DNA of 61,829 nucleotides from Candidatus Kaelpia aquatica (lineage in GTDB: Bacteria > Omnitrophota > Gorgyraeia > Kaelpiales > Kaelpiaceae). The position numbers were made by a program, and so were the translations under genes. Below are positions 37,111-47,267 of this stretch, one piece after another (the first letter of the stretch is position 1; each line of letters opens with the position of its first letter). The notes under the pieces were generated by a model that had not been told where the DNA came from, ran no database searches, and saw only the letters and a program-made list of their open reading frames with translations. Location of the stretch: the NCBI GenBank assembly GCA_030765335.1, contig JAVCCU010000016.1, forward strand, positions 1-61,829. Direction: 5' to 3'.

Positions 37111-40100
37111 TTAACGAATAAAAATTTCCATCCCTAATTTATCTCTTACTTCTTTCAAAAGCTCTCTCTTTACATCTATTTTCTGCTGAGTTTCAAAGAT
37201 CACATCTGCGTCCACATCTTTACATATCACTTTCAGAGGGACTTCACCTTTATACCTCTTTAAGATCTCCAATAACGGAACCATCTTAGAGTCTATGTCT
37301 TCGGATGCATCTATCTCTATAAAAGCAGATGAGAGAAATTTGTAAGGAGCCTCGTTTAATCCAAAAATTTCTGCCACAACTATTTGAGGCTCTTCCCCTC
37401 TAAGTATGAACATCCCTTTTACAAAAACTATATTGCCTTCTACAATAATATCAGCGTTCTTACTGTAAATCTCTGGAAAAGCAATGGCATTGATACTGCC
37501 TTCTAAATCTTCTATCTTCATTATAGCCATACATTGGTTCTCACCTTTTGTAATCTTTTTCTTTAAAAAAGAAATCAATCCTCCAATCATAACTTCAGAG
37601 CTTTCTCTAAAATTAAGCAGACCTTTGGTATCTGTCGTAGAATACCTGCTTATAATACCCTCATACTCCTGAAGAGGATGACCTGAAATATAAAAACCCA
37701 ATAAACTTCTCTCAAATTTAAGCAGCTCTTCTTTAGGCCACTCTTCTATATCAGGTATATATTTTTCTAGATCTACATCAAAAGACCCCTTATCTGAATC
37801 AAAGAAAGAGAGCTGCCCTTTAAGAGCATCTTTTTGAAAAAATTGGGCTGTTTCGAGCGCTCTATCTAAAACACTTAGAAGCGCTGATCGTTTATAGCCC
37901 ATAGAATCGAAAGCTCCAACTCTTATAAGACTCTCAATAACTTTCTTGTTTACAGCGCGAGAATCGACTCTCTTACAAAAATCAAAGATAGATTTAAACC
38001 TGCCTTTATCTTTTCTAGAACCTATTATTGACTCTACTGCATGAATACCTACGTTCTTAATCGCATAAAGCCCGAAACGTATCACATCCTCTTTAATAAG
38101 AGTAAAACGCATAAAGCTCTCATTGACATCCGGGCCTAAAATTGTAAGCCCCTTTTTCTGCGCATAATCTAAATAACCTTTTAGTTTATCCGTATTGTGC
38201 ATCTCACTACATAGCAATGCAGTAACAAACTCCGGGAAATAATGAGCCTTAAGATAAGCAGTGCGATAAGATATTATTGCATATGCAGTGGAATGGCTCT
38301 TGTTAAAACCATAGCCGGCAAACTTCTGTATCAAATCAAATATCTTCTCTGCATTTCTCTCCTTGACATTATTAACCTGAGCACCTTTAATAAATTTATC
38401 CCGCTGCTCATTCATTATCTCAGGTAACTTCTTACCCATAGCACGCCTTAAGAGATCTGCTTCGGCCATTGTAAAACCAGCCAAATCAGACGCAATCTGC
38501 ATAGCCTGCTCCTGATATAGTATTATCCCATAAGTCTCTGACAATATAGGCTTTAACAAAATATGTTCATAATTTATATGGGCATTACTGCTCTTCCTTT
38601 TGATAAAATCATCTACCATACCTGAACCCAGTGGTCCAGGTCTATAGAGAGCAAGTATGGCTATTAGGTCCTCAAATTTATCCGGTTTTAATCTCTTAAG
38701 TAAAGAGCACATCCCGGAACTCTCAAGCTGAAAGATACCGCTACCGTCCCCCTCTGAAAGAAGCTCATAGGTATTGCTATCGTCTGTTGTAATATTTTCT
38801 ACATTAATATCCTCCCCTCTGGTTCTCTTGATTATTTTCTGACACTCATCTATCATTGTAAGAGTTCTAAGGCCAAGGAAATCTATCTTCATAAGGCCTA
38901 CCTTATCGATGGAAGACATATCATAACCGGTTATAATTTCACCGTCAGGGACTTTATATAAAGGAATAAGTTCAACTAATGGCGCGCCGCTTATGACTAC
39001 TCCAGCAGCATGGACAGAGACATGTCTTGCAAGGCCTTCTAAGACTTTAGCTGTACTAATCAAATCTTTCAACTTAGCATTGGTCATCATGTTAGCCAAA
39101 GCAGGTTCAACCTTTACTGCCTTTTCAATATTCATATCCGGCTCTTGAGGAATCAGCTTTGCAATCTTATCCGCTTCCTGATAAGGAATATTAAGGGCTC
39201 TAGCAACGTCTCTTATGGCGGCTCTGGCCTGCAAGGTTCCAAATGTTATAATCTGAGCAACATTATTTTCGCCATATTTATTAACAACATAGTCAATTAC
39301 CTGCTGTCTTTTCTCGTAACAGAAATCTATGTCTATATCTGGCATAGAAGCCCTGCTGGGGTTGAGAAACCTTTCAAAGAGCAATCCGTATTTTAAAGGG
39401 TCTATTGTGGTGATATTTAAAAGATAACTTACAATACTTCCTGCTGCAGAACCTCTACCTGGACCTACGGGTATATCATGCTCCCTTGCAAAATTTATAA
39501 AATCTCTAACTATTAGAAAATAGCTTGTAAAACCAAGGCTGTTTATTGCATTGAGCTCGTGCTCTAATCGTTTCTTGACTTCATCGGTTGTGTTCGGGTA
39601 TTTTTCAGATAAACTCTCCTGGCAAATTAAGCTTAGGTACTCCCTTTGATTGTATCCTTGGGGGACCTCAAAATTAGGCAGCCTAACCTTGTTGAATTCA
39701 AACTCAACATTACATTTATCGGCTATCACAATAGTATTTGATATAGCTTCAGGTATCTCCGAAAATAACTCTTTCATCTCCTGGGGAGATTTAAGATAAA
39801 ATTGGTCTGTACTCATTCTAAATCTGTTAGGATTATCCATAGTAGTCTGGGTCTGGACAGCCAGAAGAACCTCATGAGCATAAGCATGCTCTTTTCTTAA
39901 ATAGTGCACATCGTTAGTTGCAACATAGGGCGTACTGGTCTCCTTAGCAAGCTTCAGCGCACCCTTAATCAAATCTCTCTGCTCAGGCAAAAATTGATCC
40001 TGCATCTCTATATAAAAAGAGTCTTTATCGAATAGATCCTTATAGAAAGAGATATCATCTTTTGCTTTTTGAATATTACCACCTAGAAGCGCCTGATTTA

Positions 40101-40536
40101 TCTCTGATTTCAAACATCCGCTTAAACAGATTAAACCTTTTGAGTATTGAGCCAGAGCCTCTCTATCTATTCTAGGTTTATAGTAAAAACCTTCTAAATA
40201 ACCTAGGCTTACAAGTTTTACCAAATTCCTGTAACCATCTTCGTCTTTTGCTAAAAGGGTAATATGATGAAGTCCCCTGCTCTTAATTCCGCCGGATTTA
40301 TCAAATCTAGAACCAGGAGTTAAATAGAGCTCTGACCCCATTAGAGGCTTTATTCCTCCCGCCATTGCTTGAGAATAAAAATTTATGGCTCCGAATAGAT
40401 TACCATGGTCGGTTATTGCAACCGCAGGCATTCTATGCTGATTACAGACCTCTATTAACTCCTTAATTTTACATGCACCATCCAGCAGGCTATACTGAGA
40501 ATGTAAATGCAGGTGTACAAAGTCTGAATGAACCAT
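37111..40536 (-). CDS. dnaE: DNA polymerase III alpha subunit
   Basis: HLHLHSQYSLLDG, GPGRGSAAGS, PDIDIDF, KIDFLGL, YGFNKSH; normal length. Confidence 0.98.
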   Translation of the reverse strand: MVHSDFVHLHLHSQYSLLDGACKIKELIEVCNQHRMPAVAITDHGNLFGAINFYSQAMAGGIKPLMGSELYLTPGSRFDKSGGIKSRGLHHITLLAKDEDGYRNLVKLVSLGYLEGFYYKPRIDREALAQYSKGLICLSGCLKSEINQALLGGNIQKAKDDISFYKDLFDKDSFYIEMQDQFLPEQRDLIKGALKLAKETSTPYVATNDVHYLRKEHAYAHEVLLAVQTQTTMDNPNRFRMSTDQFYLKSPQEMKELFSEIPEAISNTIVIADKCNVEFEFNKVRLPNFEVPQGYNQREYLSLICQESLSEKYPNTTDEVKKRLEHELNAINSLGFTSYFLIVRDFINFAREHDIPVGPGRGSAAGSIVSYLLNITTIDPLKYGLLFERFLNPSRASMPDIDIDFCYEKRQQVIDYVVNKYGENNVAQIITFGTLQARAAIRDVARALNIPYQEADKIAKLIPQEPDMNIEKAVKVEPALANMMTNAKLKDLISTAKVLEGLARHVSVHAAGVVISGAPLVELIPLYKVPDGEIITGYDMSSIDKVGLMKIDFLGLRTLTMIDECQKIIKRTRGEDINVENITTDDSNTYELLSEGDGSGIFQLESSGMCSLLKRLKPDKFEDLIAILALYRPGPLGSGMVDDFIKRKSSNAHINYEHILLKPILSETYGIILYQEQAMQIASDLAGFTMAEADLLRRAMGKKLPEIMNEQRDKFIKGAQVNNVKERNAEKIFDLIQKFAGYGFNKSHSTAYAIISYRTAYLKAHYFPEFVTALLCSEMHNTDKLKGYLDYAQKKGLTILGPDVNESFMRFTLIKEDVIRFGLYAIKNVGIHAVESIIGSRKDKGRFKSIFDFCKRVDSRAVNKKVIESLIRVGAFDSMGYKRSALLSVLDRALETAQFFQKDALKGQLSFFDSDKGSFDVDLEKYIPDIEEWPKEELLKFERSLLGFYISGHPLQEYEGIISRYSTTDTKGLLNFRESSEVMIGGLISFLKKKITKGENQCMAIMKIEDLEGSINAIAFPEIYSKNADIIVEGNIVFVKGMFILRGEEPQIVVAEIFGLNEAPYKFLSSAFIEIDASEDIDSKMVPLLEILKRYKGEVPLKVICKDVDADVIFETQQKIDVKRELLKEVRDKLGMEIFIR

Positions 40537-40565
40537 ATATTATCTACCAATCACAGGTTAAAATA

Positions 40566-42098
40566 TTATTCCCACTCTATAGTAGCAGGAGGCTTAGAGC
40601 TTACATCGTAAACCACTCTATTAATACCTTTGACCTCATTAATAATTCTGTTTGATATTAATCCAATGGTGTTATAGGGCAGTTTAGCCCAGTCTGCAGT
40701 CATACCATCAACACTCTTGACCGCTCTAATAGCAAGTGTATTTTCATAGCTGCGGCCATCACCCATAACTCCAACACTCTTAACAGGTAGAAGCACCCCA
40801 AATACCTGCCAGACCTTGCTATATAAACCCTGAGCCTTTATCTCTTCAATTATAATAGTATCGGCAGCCCTTAAGATCTTTAATCTTTTTTTTGTAATTT
40901 CCCCTATAATTCTAACCCCGAGCCCAGGACCAGGGAAAGGATGTCTATATACTATCTCATCAGGCAGCTTGAGCAGTTTGCCTATCTTTCTTACTTCATC
41001 CTTAAAGAGGAATCTAAAAGGCTCTATTAACTTTAACTTCATCTTAGCAGGAAGCCCGCCTACATTATGATGACTCTTTATCTTAGCAGAAGGGCCTCCA
41101 AAAGCAGAGAGAGACTCTACTACATCTGGATAGAGGGTACCTTGGGCAAGATATTTAATACCTCCTATCTTTTTAGCCGTAGAATCAAAAACTTTTATGA
41201 ACTCATTGCCGATTATCTTCCTTTTCTTCTCAGGGTCAACTATACCTTTAAGAGCACTTAAAAACTGCCTTGTCGCATCAACATAGTGGAGATTTATATT
41301 AAAATCATTCTTAAAGACTTGATTTATTTTGTCTGCCTCTCCAGCTCTGAGCAATCCATTGTTTACAAAAACAGGATGCAGCTTATCGCCTATTGCCTCA
41401 CTGAGAAGCATTGCAGCAACAGAAGAGTCAACCCCTCCAGAGAGACCTAAGACAACTCTCGCCTCACCAACTTTAGATCTAATATCACATGTTGATTGCT
41501 TGATAAAAGAAGAGAGCTTCCACTCCCGCTTACAATTACAGATATCTAAAAAATTACCAATAATTTTTTTACCATATTGAGTATGGACAACCTCTGGGTG
41601 AAACTGAATAGCATATAACCCCTCCTTAGACTCCATAGCAGCAATGCTGCAGTTGTCAGTATGAGCAGTCTTTTTAAAGCCGCAGGGTAACCTGCTAACC
41701 TCATCCCCATGACTCATCCAGCAGATAAAATCTTTTTTGATTGATTTAAAAATCTTACTTTTACCATCACCAGAGTATATCCTAACCTTACCGTACTCAC
41801 GCCTTTTTGAATTCAAGACTCGCCCGCCTAAAGACTTGGTCATAACCTGCATACCGTAACAGATGCCAAGCACCGAGATCCCAAGCTTAAAAATACCTTC
41901 ATCTGGAAGAGGGAATTTTTTTAACTCAACACTGCTTGGACCTCCGGAAAGGATTAAACCAGAGGGGGCTATCTTAGCTATTTCATGAGCTTTAATGTTA
42001 AAAGAAACTATCTCAGAGAAGACATTTAATTCTCTTATCTTTCTTGCTATAAGCTGAGTATATTGAGAACCGAAATCAAGTATTAATATCTTATCCAT
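40566..42098 (-). CDS. guaA: GMP synthase (glutamine-hydrolysing)
   Basis: [44 protein letters not shown]. Confidence 0.98.
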   Translation of the reverse strand: MDKILILDFGSQYTQLIARKIRELNVFSEIVSFNIKAHEIAKIAPSGLILSGGPSSVELKKFPLPDEGIFKLGISVLGICYGMQVMTKSLGGRVLNSKRREYGKVRIYSGDGKSKIFKSIKKDFICWMSHGDEVSRLPCGFKKTAHTDNCSIAAMESKEGLYAIQFHPEVVHTQYGKKIIGNFLDICNCKREWKLSSFIKQSTCDIRSKVGEARVVLGLSGGVDSSVAAMLLSEAIGDKLHPVFVNNGLLRAGEADKINQVFKNDFNINLHYVDATRQFLSALKGIVDPEKKRKIIGNEFIKVFDSTAKKIGGIKYLAQGTLYPDVVESLSAFGGPSAKIKSHHNVGGLPAKMKLKLIEPFRFLFKDEVRKIGKLLKLPDEIVYRHPFPGPGLGVRIIGEITKKRLKILRAADTIIIEEIKAQGLYSKVWQVFGVLLPVKSVGVMGDGRSYENTLAIRAVKSVDGMTADWAKLPYNTIGLISNRIINEVKGINRVVYDVSSKPPATIEWE

Positions 42099-42161
42099 AA
42101 TAACTATTAGACAGTAAAATTAAGAGCAAGAAAAACCCGCAACCTATCGATTTAAACCAAT

Positions 42162-43322
42162 CTATTTACCCATTCCAACTCTTTGCGCACGCTGGAAAAG
42201 CTTTCCCTCTGTCTGTATTGAAGGGGCTATAATAATCTCAACTTTCTGCATTTGAGATATATCTTTTGCACCTAAAGAACCCATAGCGGTCTGAAGAGCC
42301 CCAATAAGATTCTGAGAACCATCATCAACTTTGGCAGGACCAAGCAGTATCTCCTCTAGAGTTCCTGTACTCCCTACATATATCCTGGTACCACGCGGTA
42401 GATTGTAGTGGGGAGTTGCCATACCCCAATGGTAACCTCTACCAGGAGCCTCTTTTGCGCGCGCTAGTGATGAACCTATCATTACAGAGTCAGCTCCGGA
42501 GGCAAAAGCCTTACAGATATCTCCCCCTGTACGCATACCTCCATCTGTGATTACAGGCACATACCGCTCTGTCTTTTTAAAATAATCATCTCTTGCTTTT
42601 ACAGCATCACAAGTTGCTGTCACCTGAGGCACGCCAATACCTAAGACCCCTCTTGTTGTACAGGCTGCACCAGGCCCTATACCTACAAGAATAGCAGCAG
42701 CACCAGCCTGCATTAAATCCATTGCAACATCATAGGTTACACAGTTTCCCACTATAACCGGTATACTCATATAACCACAGAACTTCTTATAATCTAAAAC
42801 AGAATATTCGCTAGAGACATGCTCTAGAGATGCAACTGTTGATTGGACAACAAATATATCGCAACCTGCATCCTGAGCAATCTTTCCAAATCTCTCAGCT
42901 CGCTGAGGAATAGCAGATACAACACAATCACAGCCTGAATCTTTAATCTCTTTTATTCTCCTGGAGATAAGCTCTTCCTTGATAGGCTCCTTGTATATTT
43001 TTTGCAGCAACTTAGTCGCCTCATCAGGGTCTTCACATGCTATCTTCTTCAATACCTCATCAGGATTTTCATACCTTGTTTGAACTCCTTCTAGATTTAA
43101 AACAGCTAACCCGCCTAGCTCTCCCATTTTGATGGAAAATTTTACATCTACAACCCCATCCATAGCAGCAGCTATGATAGGTATTTTGTATTTTTCACCG
43201 GCAAGAGACCATTCAACATCAACCTCGCTGGGATTGATAGTCGCACATCCAGGAACAAGAGCAATCTCATCAAAACCATATGCCCTTCTTGCCTCTCTGT
43301 TGCCTCCGATTATAACTCCCAT
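42162..43322 (-). CDS. guaB3: GuaB3-family IMP dehydrogenase (no CBS domains)
   Basis: RRAYGFDEIALVP, GIGPGAACTTR, GVPQVTA, WGMATP, LPRGTRI. Confidence 0.9.
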   Translation of the reverse strand: MGVIIGGNREARRAYGFDEIALVPGCATINPSEVDVEWSLAGEKYKIPIIAAAMDGVVDVKFSIKMGELGGLAVLNLEGVQTRYENPDEVLKKIACEDPDEATKLLQKIYKEPIKEELISRRIKEIKDSGCDCVVSAIPQRAERFGKIAQDAGCDIFVVQSTVASLEHVSSEYSVLDYKKFCGYMSIPVIVGNCVTYDVAMDLMQAGAAAILVGIGPGAACTTRGVLGIGVPQVTATCDAVKARDDYFKKTERYVPVITDGGMRTGGDICKAFASGADSVMIGSSLARAKEAPGRGYHWGMATPHYNLPRGTRIYVGSTGTLEEILLGPAKVDDGSQNLIGALQTAMGSLGAKDISQMQKVEIIIAPSIQTEGKLFQRAQRVGMGK

Positions 43323-43378
43323 GATCTCCCCCTTTAATTTAAGATTATTTTACAAAAAGAAATTTGCAACAACTATAA

Positions 43379-43816
43379 TCACCAGGAAGAAGTATCGCCT
43401 GCCTCATCCGACAGAGTCACACTCACAGGTAATACGAATCGTGCATATCTATCTTCTCCTCCCTGATCATAGCTGCCATATATCCAGCCAGCTAAACTGG
43501 GGCCTCTCTGAGAAATAAAATCAAACTCTTTTTTGACAATCAATATCTCTGAAGACCCTTTAACAGAAGAGAGAAACTCTTTTGGTATCTTCTCTAAATA
43601 TTCCGGGGTCAATTTAGAGAGAGAAGAGGGCCACTCTTCTTTATCTTTATAATAACTTAACAAGGCCACCCTTATTGATTCTAGATTAGTCTGGGTGGTT
43701 AAATCACGTATTCGGTATATATTCTTCTGGAATTTCGGAGTAATAAAATAGATAAATATAAGTACCCCGGTAATTATTAGCAGCAGTTTTACTAAAACCC
43801 AACCTTCTCTATCCAT
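43379..43816 (-). CDS. Type IV pilin / GspG-like protein with an atypical leader
   Basis: MDREG|WVLVKLLLII..., then NLESIRVALLSYYKD..WPSSL..L.PEYL..IP. Likely start is ATG 43816. Confidence 0.65.
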   Translation of the reverse strand: MDREGWVLVKLLLIITGVLIFIYFITPKFQKNIYRIRDLTTQTNLESIRVALLSYYKDKEEWPSSLSKLTPEYLEKIPKEFLSSVKGSSEILIVKKEFDFISQRGPSLAGWIYGSYDQGGEDRYARFVLPVSVTLSDEAGDTSSW

Positions 43817-43874
43817 GATTTTTAAATCATACAATTAAAACATCTAAACTGCAAGCAGTTTTTAGCGATAAATA

Positions 43875-44198
43875 TTACTGGGATATAAACCCCCAAACTT
43901 TGTCAACAACAACCATAGAACCTCCGCCTGGAGACTTAAACCATGTTGTAGCTGCAAGCAGAGAGAACCTTATATTATAACGCCAAACTTCCGATGCACC
44001 ATGGCAAGAACAATAATGTTTGGACACTCTGACCGGACTTCCCAAAACAGCCTTTACCTGCTCTGTATCCATACCTAACCCTACGCTCTGATACTGTTCT
44101 AAATCTATGCTACGGTAGAAGAAGCGGTAGGAAAAAACTGTAAGCATAAGCACTATTAAAGCAATCAAAATGTACCCTTGTTTTCTTTTATTATCCAT
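43875..44198 (-). CDS. Membrane-anchored protein with a SmpA/BamE-like motif
   Basis: N-terminal TM; GLGMDTEQVKAVLGSP...EVWRY. Confidence 0.6.
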   Translation of the reverse strand: MDNKRKQGYILIALIVLMLTVFSYRFFYRSIDLEQYQSVGLGMDTEQVKAVLGSPVRVSKHYCSCHGASEVWRYNIRFSLLAATTWFKSPGGGSMVVVDKVWGFISQ

Positions 44199-44199
44199 A

Positions 44200-45456
44200 T
44201 TATATATCCAGATACCTTCGAGGGTCGGCTATCTTTCCTTCTAAAACAGAGGCTGCAACCGTAGCGGGAGAACCTAGGTATATAAAGCTGTTTGGATTAC
44301 CCATCCTACCTTTAAAATTTCTATTTGCAGTTGATATCACAACCTCTTTATCAGCAGGCACTCCCCCATGAGTCCCTACGCAAGGCCCACATCCAGGAGG
44401 AAGTATCAATGCACCTGAAGAGAGAAGTATATCTATTAAGCCCTCATCTTGAGCCTGACTTAAGACACTCTTAGATGCCGGAGCAACTATTAATCTGGAC
44501 TTAACTCTCTTACCTTTAAGAATCCTAGCTGCCAGCTCTAAATCTTCCAATCTCCCATTGGTGCAGGTACCGATAAACCCCTGATCTATTTTAGTCCCAA
44601 TGAGATTGTCAATATCGACAACACTGTCCACTTGGTGAGGCTCAGCTACCTGAGGAGAGAGAGTAGATATATCAAACTCTTTGACCCACTCATATTCAGC
44701 TCCAGGATCAGCCATAACAGGGTTAAATTCCATGCTGCCGGTCTTATCCCCAAGCCATTTAGACGTCTTGTCATCAAGCTGCATTAGCCCTGCTTTTGCA
44801 CCCAACTCAACAGTCATATTGGTTATTGTACAGCGGGCTGCCATACTTAAATTAGATATAGCATCACCATCAAATTCAATTGCTTTATAAGTGCATGAAC
44901 TTGCACCAAGAACACCTATAATATGAAGTATTATATCTTTTGAAAAAACACCCTGAGGAAGATTGCCATTCAGTACGATTTTTACACTATGAGGAACTTT
45001 AAACCAATTCTTCCCCGTTGCAACAACTATCGCAATATCAGTTGATCCCATTCCGGTTGAGAAGCAGTTTAAAGCACCATAGGTACAGGTATGAGAATCG
45101 GCACCAGTTATAAGATTTGAAGGCAACACATGGCCATGTTCCATAATAACCTGATGACAGACTCCTTCTCCCTCTGCATATATTATTGCTCCGGTTAGAG
45201 AAGCAAAATCTTTCATCTTTTTGTGGATATTTGAAACACCTAGGCTGGGTGAAGGGACACTATGGTCAATAACAAGAGCATACTTCTTGGGATCCTTCAA
45301 AGTTTTAACACCAAGAGCATTTAATGCATCTATCACAAGCGAGCTTGTTCCATCTTGTGAAAGTGCAAAATCAACGCTGGCCCTTACAATATCTCCTGCT
45401 CTTGCTTCTGATTCAGATTTAAGACTAAAGATCTTCTCAGATATAGTCTTAGCCAT
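44200..45456 (-). CDS. leuC: 3-isopropylmalate dehydratase / homoaconitase large subunit
   Basis: DHSVP, GVCHQV, GADSHTCTYG, GTCTNGR, PGCGPC, NRNFKGRMG. Confidence 0.88.
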   Translation of the reverse strand: MAKTISEKIFSLKSESEARAGDIVRASVDFALSQDGTSSLVIDALNALGVKTLKDPKKYALVIDHSVPSPSLGVSNIHKKMKDFASLTGAIIYAEGEGVCHQVIMEHGHVLPSNLITGADSHTCTYGALNCFSTGMGSTDIAIVVATGKNWFKVPHSVKIVLNGNLPQGVFSKDIILHIIGVLGASSCTYKAIEFDGDAISNLSMAARCTITNMTVELGAKAGLMQLDDKTSKWLGDKTGSMEFNPVMADPGAEYEWVKEFDISTLSPQVAEPHQVDSVVDIDNLIGTKIDQGFIGTCTNGRLEDLELAARILKGKRVKSRLIVAPASKSVLSQAQDEGLIDILLSSGALILPPGCGPCVGTHGGVPADKEVVISTANRNFKGRMGNPNSFIYLGSPATVAASVLEGKIADPRRYLDI

Positions 45457-46603
45457 CTAAAAAACTCCCTACTCTATCTACCCCCTCTTTGATCTCTTCT
45501 ATGGATGCTGCATAACTCAAGCGGACATAATCATCGGCTCCAAAAGGCTCACCCGGTATAACACCGACCAACTTCTTATCCAGAAGATCTTGAGCGAAAG
45601 AAAAAGAACCGTTTTGAAACTTTGATATATCCATAAACAAGTAAAACGCACCTTCAGGCTTTATGAAAGATATCCCATAATTATCTAACATCTGCATCAT
45701 AACATCTCTTCTCTCTCTAAACTCTTTCTTTATAAAAGAGAGCCAGCTGTCATCCATTCTTAAAGCCGCAATAGCAGCTCTTTGACTTATACTCGATGCA
45801 TTTGACGTCATCTGAGATTGCATCTTTGTTACTTCAGAGACCAGCTCTATATTTGCACCTATCCAGCCGATCCGCCAACCTGTCATAGCATGAGACTTAG
45901 AGACACCGTTTATTGTTATAGTATTATTAAAAATATCTTCCGACAAAGACCCGATAGAGATATGTTTATCCTCATATACTAGATGTTCGTAAATCTCATC
46001 GCTTATTATCAATATATTTTTCTCTAAGGCTATTTTTCCAAGATGCTCTAGCTCATCTTCTCTCCAAACCATACCGGTTGGGTTGGTAGGACTATTCAAT
46101 ATAATACATTTTGTCTTTTTAGTAATAGCTGCTTTTAGTTTATCGAAGTCAGGCCTAAAACCACTCTCCTTGCTAGAGCTCACAATAACAGGAACTCCAG
46201 ATGAGAGCTTCACCATCTCAGTATAACTCAACCAGTAAGGAGCCATAATGATCACTTCATCGCCTACATCTATGAGGGCCATCAAAACATTCATCAGAGA
46301 ATGCTTTGCGCCATTGGAGACCACTATTTGGTCCGGATTATACTTAAGGTTGTTCTGAGCCCTAAACTTCTTTGAAATCTCTTCTCTCAATTCAGGCATT
46401 CCTGCAACCGGAGTATATTTTGTAAAACCGCCATCAATGGAATCTTTGGCGTAGGATTTTATCTCGTCTGGAGTATCAAAATTGGGCTCACCTGCGGCAA
46501 AATTTATTACAGGCTCACCCTCTCTCTTAAGCCTCTTGATGACAGAAGTTATCTTTAAAGTTTGAGAGGCTGATATACTTTTTACTCTCTTTGAAAAATC
46601 CAT
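45449..46603 (-). CDS. Class I/II PLP-dependent aminotransferase (AspC-like)
   Basis: AGEPNFDTP, NSPTNPTG, SDEIYE, GVSKSHAMTGWRIG. Confidence 0.92.
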   Translation of the reverse strand: MDFSKRVKSISASQTLKITSVIKRLKREGEPVINFAAGEPNFDTPDEIKSYAKDSIDGGFTKYTPVAGMPELREEISKKFRAQNNLKYNPDQIVVSNGAKHSLMNVLMALIDVGDEVIIMAPYWLSYTEMVKLSSGVPVIVSSSKESGFRPDFDKLKAAITKKTKCIILNSPTNPTGMVWREDELEHLGKIALEKNILIISDEIYEHLVYEDKHISIGSLSEDIFNNTITINGVSKSHAMTGWRIGWIGANIELVSEVTKMQSQMTSNASSISQRAAIAALRMDDSWLSFIKKEFRERRDVMMQMLDNYGISFIKPEGAFYLFMDISKFQNGSFSFAQDLLDKKLVGVIPGEPFGADDYVRLSYAASIEEIKEGVDRVGSFLDG

Positions 46604-46636
46604 ATTGTCTCTCCTAGAGCACTTAAAAGAGATGTT

Positions 46637-47266
46637 CTATTTTTCCTTTTTGGCTTTTAAAAACCCTTTTAACCCCTGAAAAAATCCTTTCTCTTTATCA
46701 TCTTGCTTAACCTCTTTATCTTTGGAACCTTCGTCTATCTGTTTTTTTTCTTTTTTCTTATCGTCTTTTTCTGTCTTCGGCTTCTTGATCGCCTTCTCTT
46801 CCTCTACTTCTACCTCACCAACATCGCTAGACAGATCTTCTTCTATTCTCTTGGCTTTCTTTTCTTTTCTTAAACGGCGTGCTTTCTTTTTATCTTCAAT
46901 TACTTCTTCTTTTATCTTTGTCAACTCCAGAATAGCCATTAAGGCATTGTCACCGCGCCTATTGTCGGCTTTTAGAACACGGGTATAGCCTCCCTGCACA
47001 TCTTTAAATCGAGGAGCAATGTCGTCAAAGAGCTTTTTAACTAAGCTCCTATCTTGCAATAACTTATAAACCTCTCTGCGGGAATGTATATCACCTCTCT
47101 TGCCTAAAGTTATAAGCTTATCTATATGACGAGATGCTGCCTTAGCACGCTTATATGTCGTCTTTATACTCTCATTTATGATTAAAGATATCGCAAGGCT
47201 TTTGATTAAAGCTCTCCTTTGATCAGCAGGCTTAGATAGCAGAATAATTTTTTTGCGATGTCTCAT
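46637..47266 (-). CDS. rplQ: 50S ribosomal protein L17 with an approximately 90-aa C-terminal extension
   Basis: MRHRK, IKTT..RAK, GGYTRV, RRGDNA; 209 aa. Confidence 0.97.
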   Translation of the reverse strand: MRHRKKIILLSKPADQRRALIKSLAISLIINESIKTTYKRAKAASRHIDKLITLGKRGDIHSRREVYKLLQDRSLVKKLFDDIAPRFKDVQGGYTRVLKADNRRGDNALMAILELTKIKEEVIEDKKKARRLRKEKKAKRIEEDLSSDVGEVEVEEEKAIKKPKTEKDDKKKEKKQIDEGSKDKEVKQDDKEKGFFQGLKGFLKAKKEK

Positions 47267-47267
47267 T

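Noticed and set aside
37084-46630. Recurring AGCACTTA word in small hairpins before tgt and before the aminotransferase gene
   Set aside because: An 8-mer of this composition is expected a few times by chance in 62 kb, and it also occurs inside coding regions.
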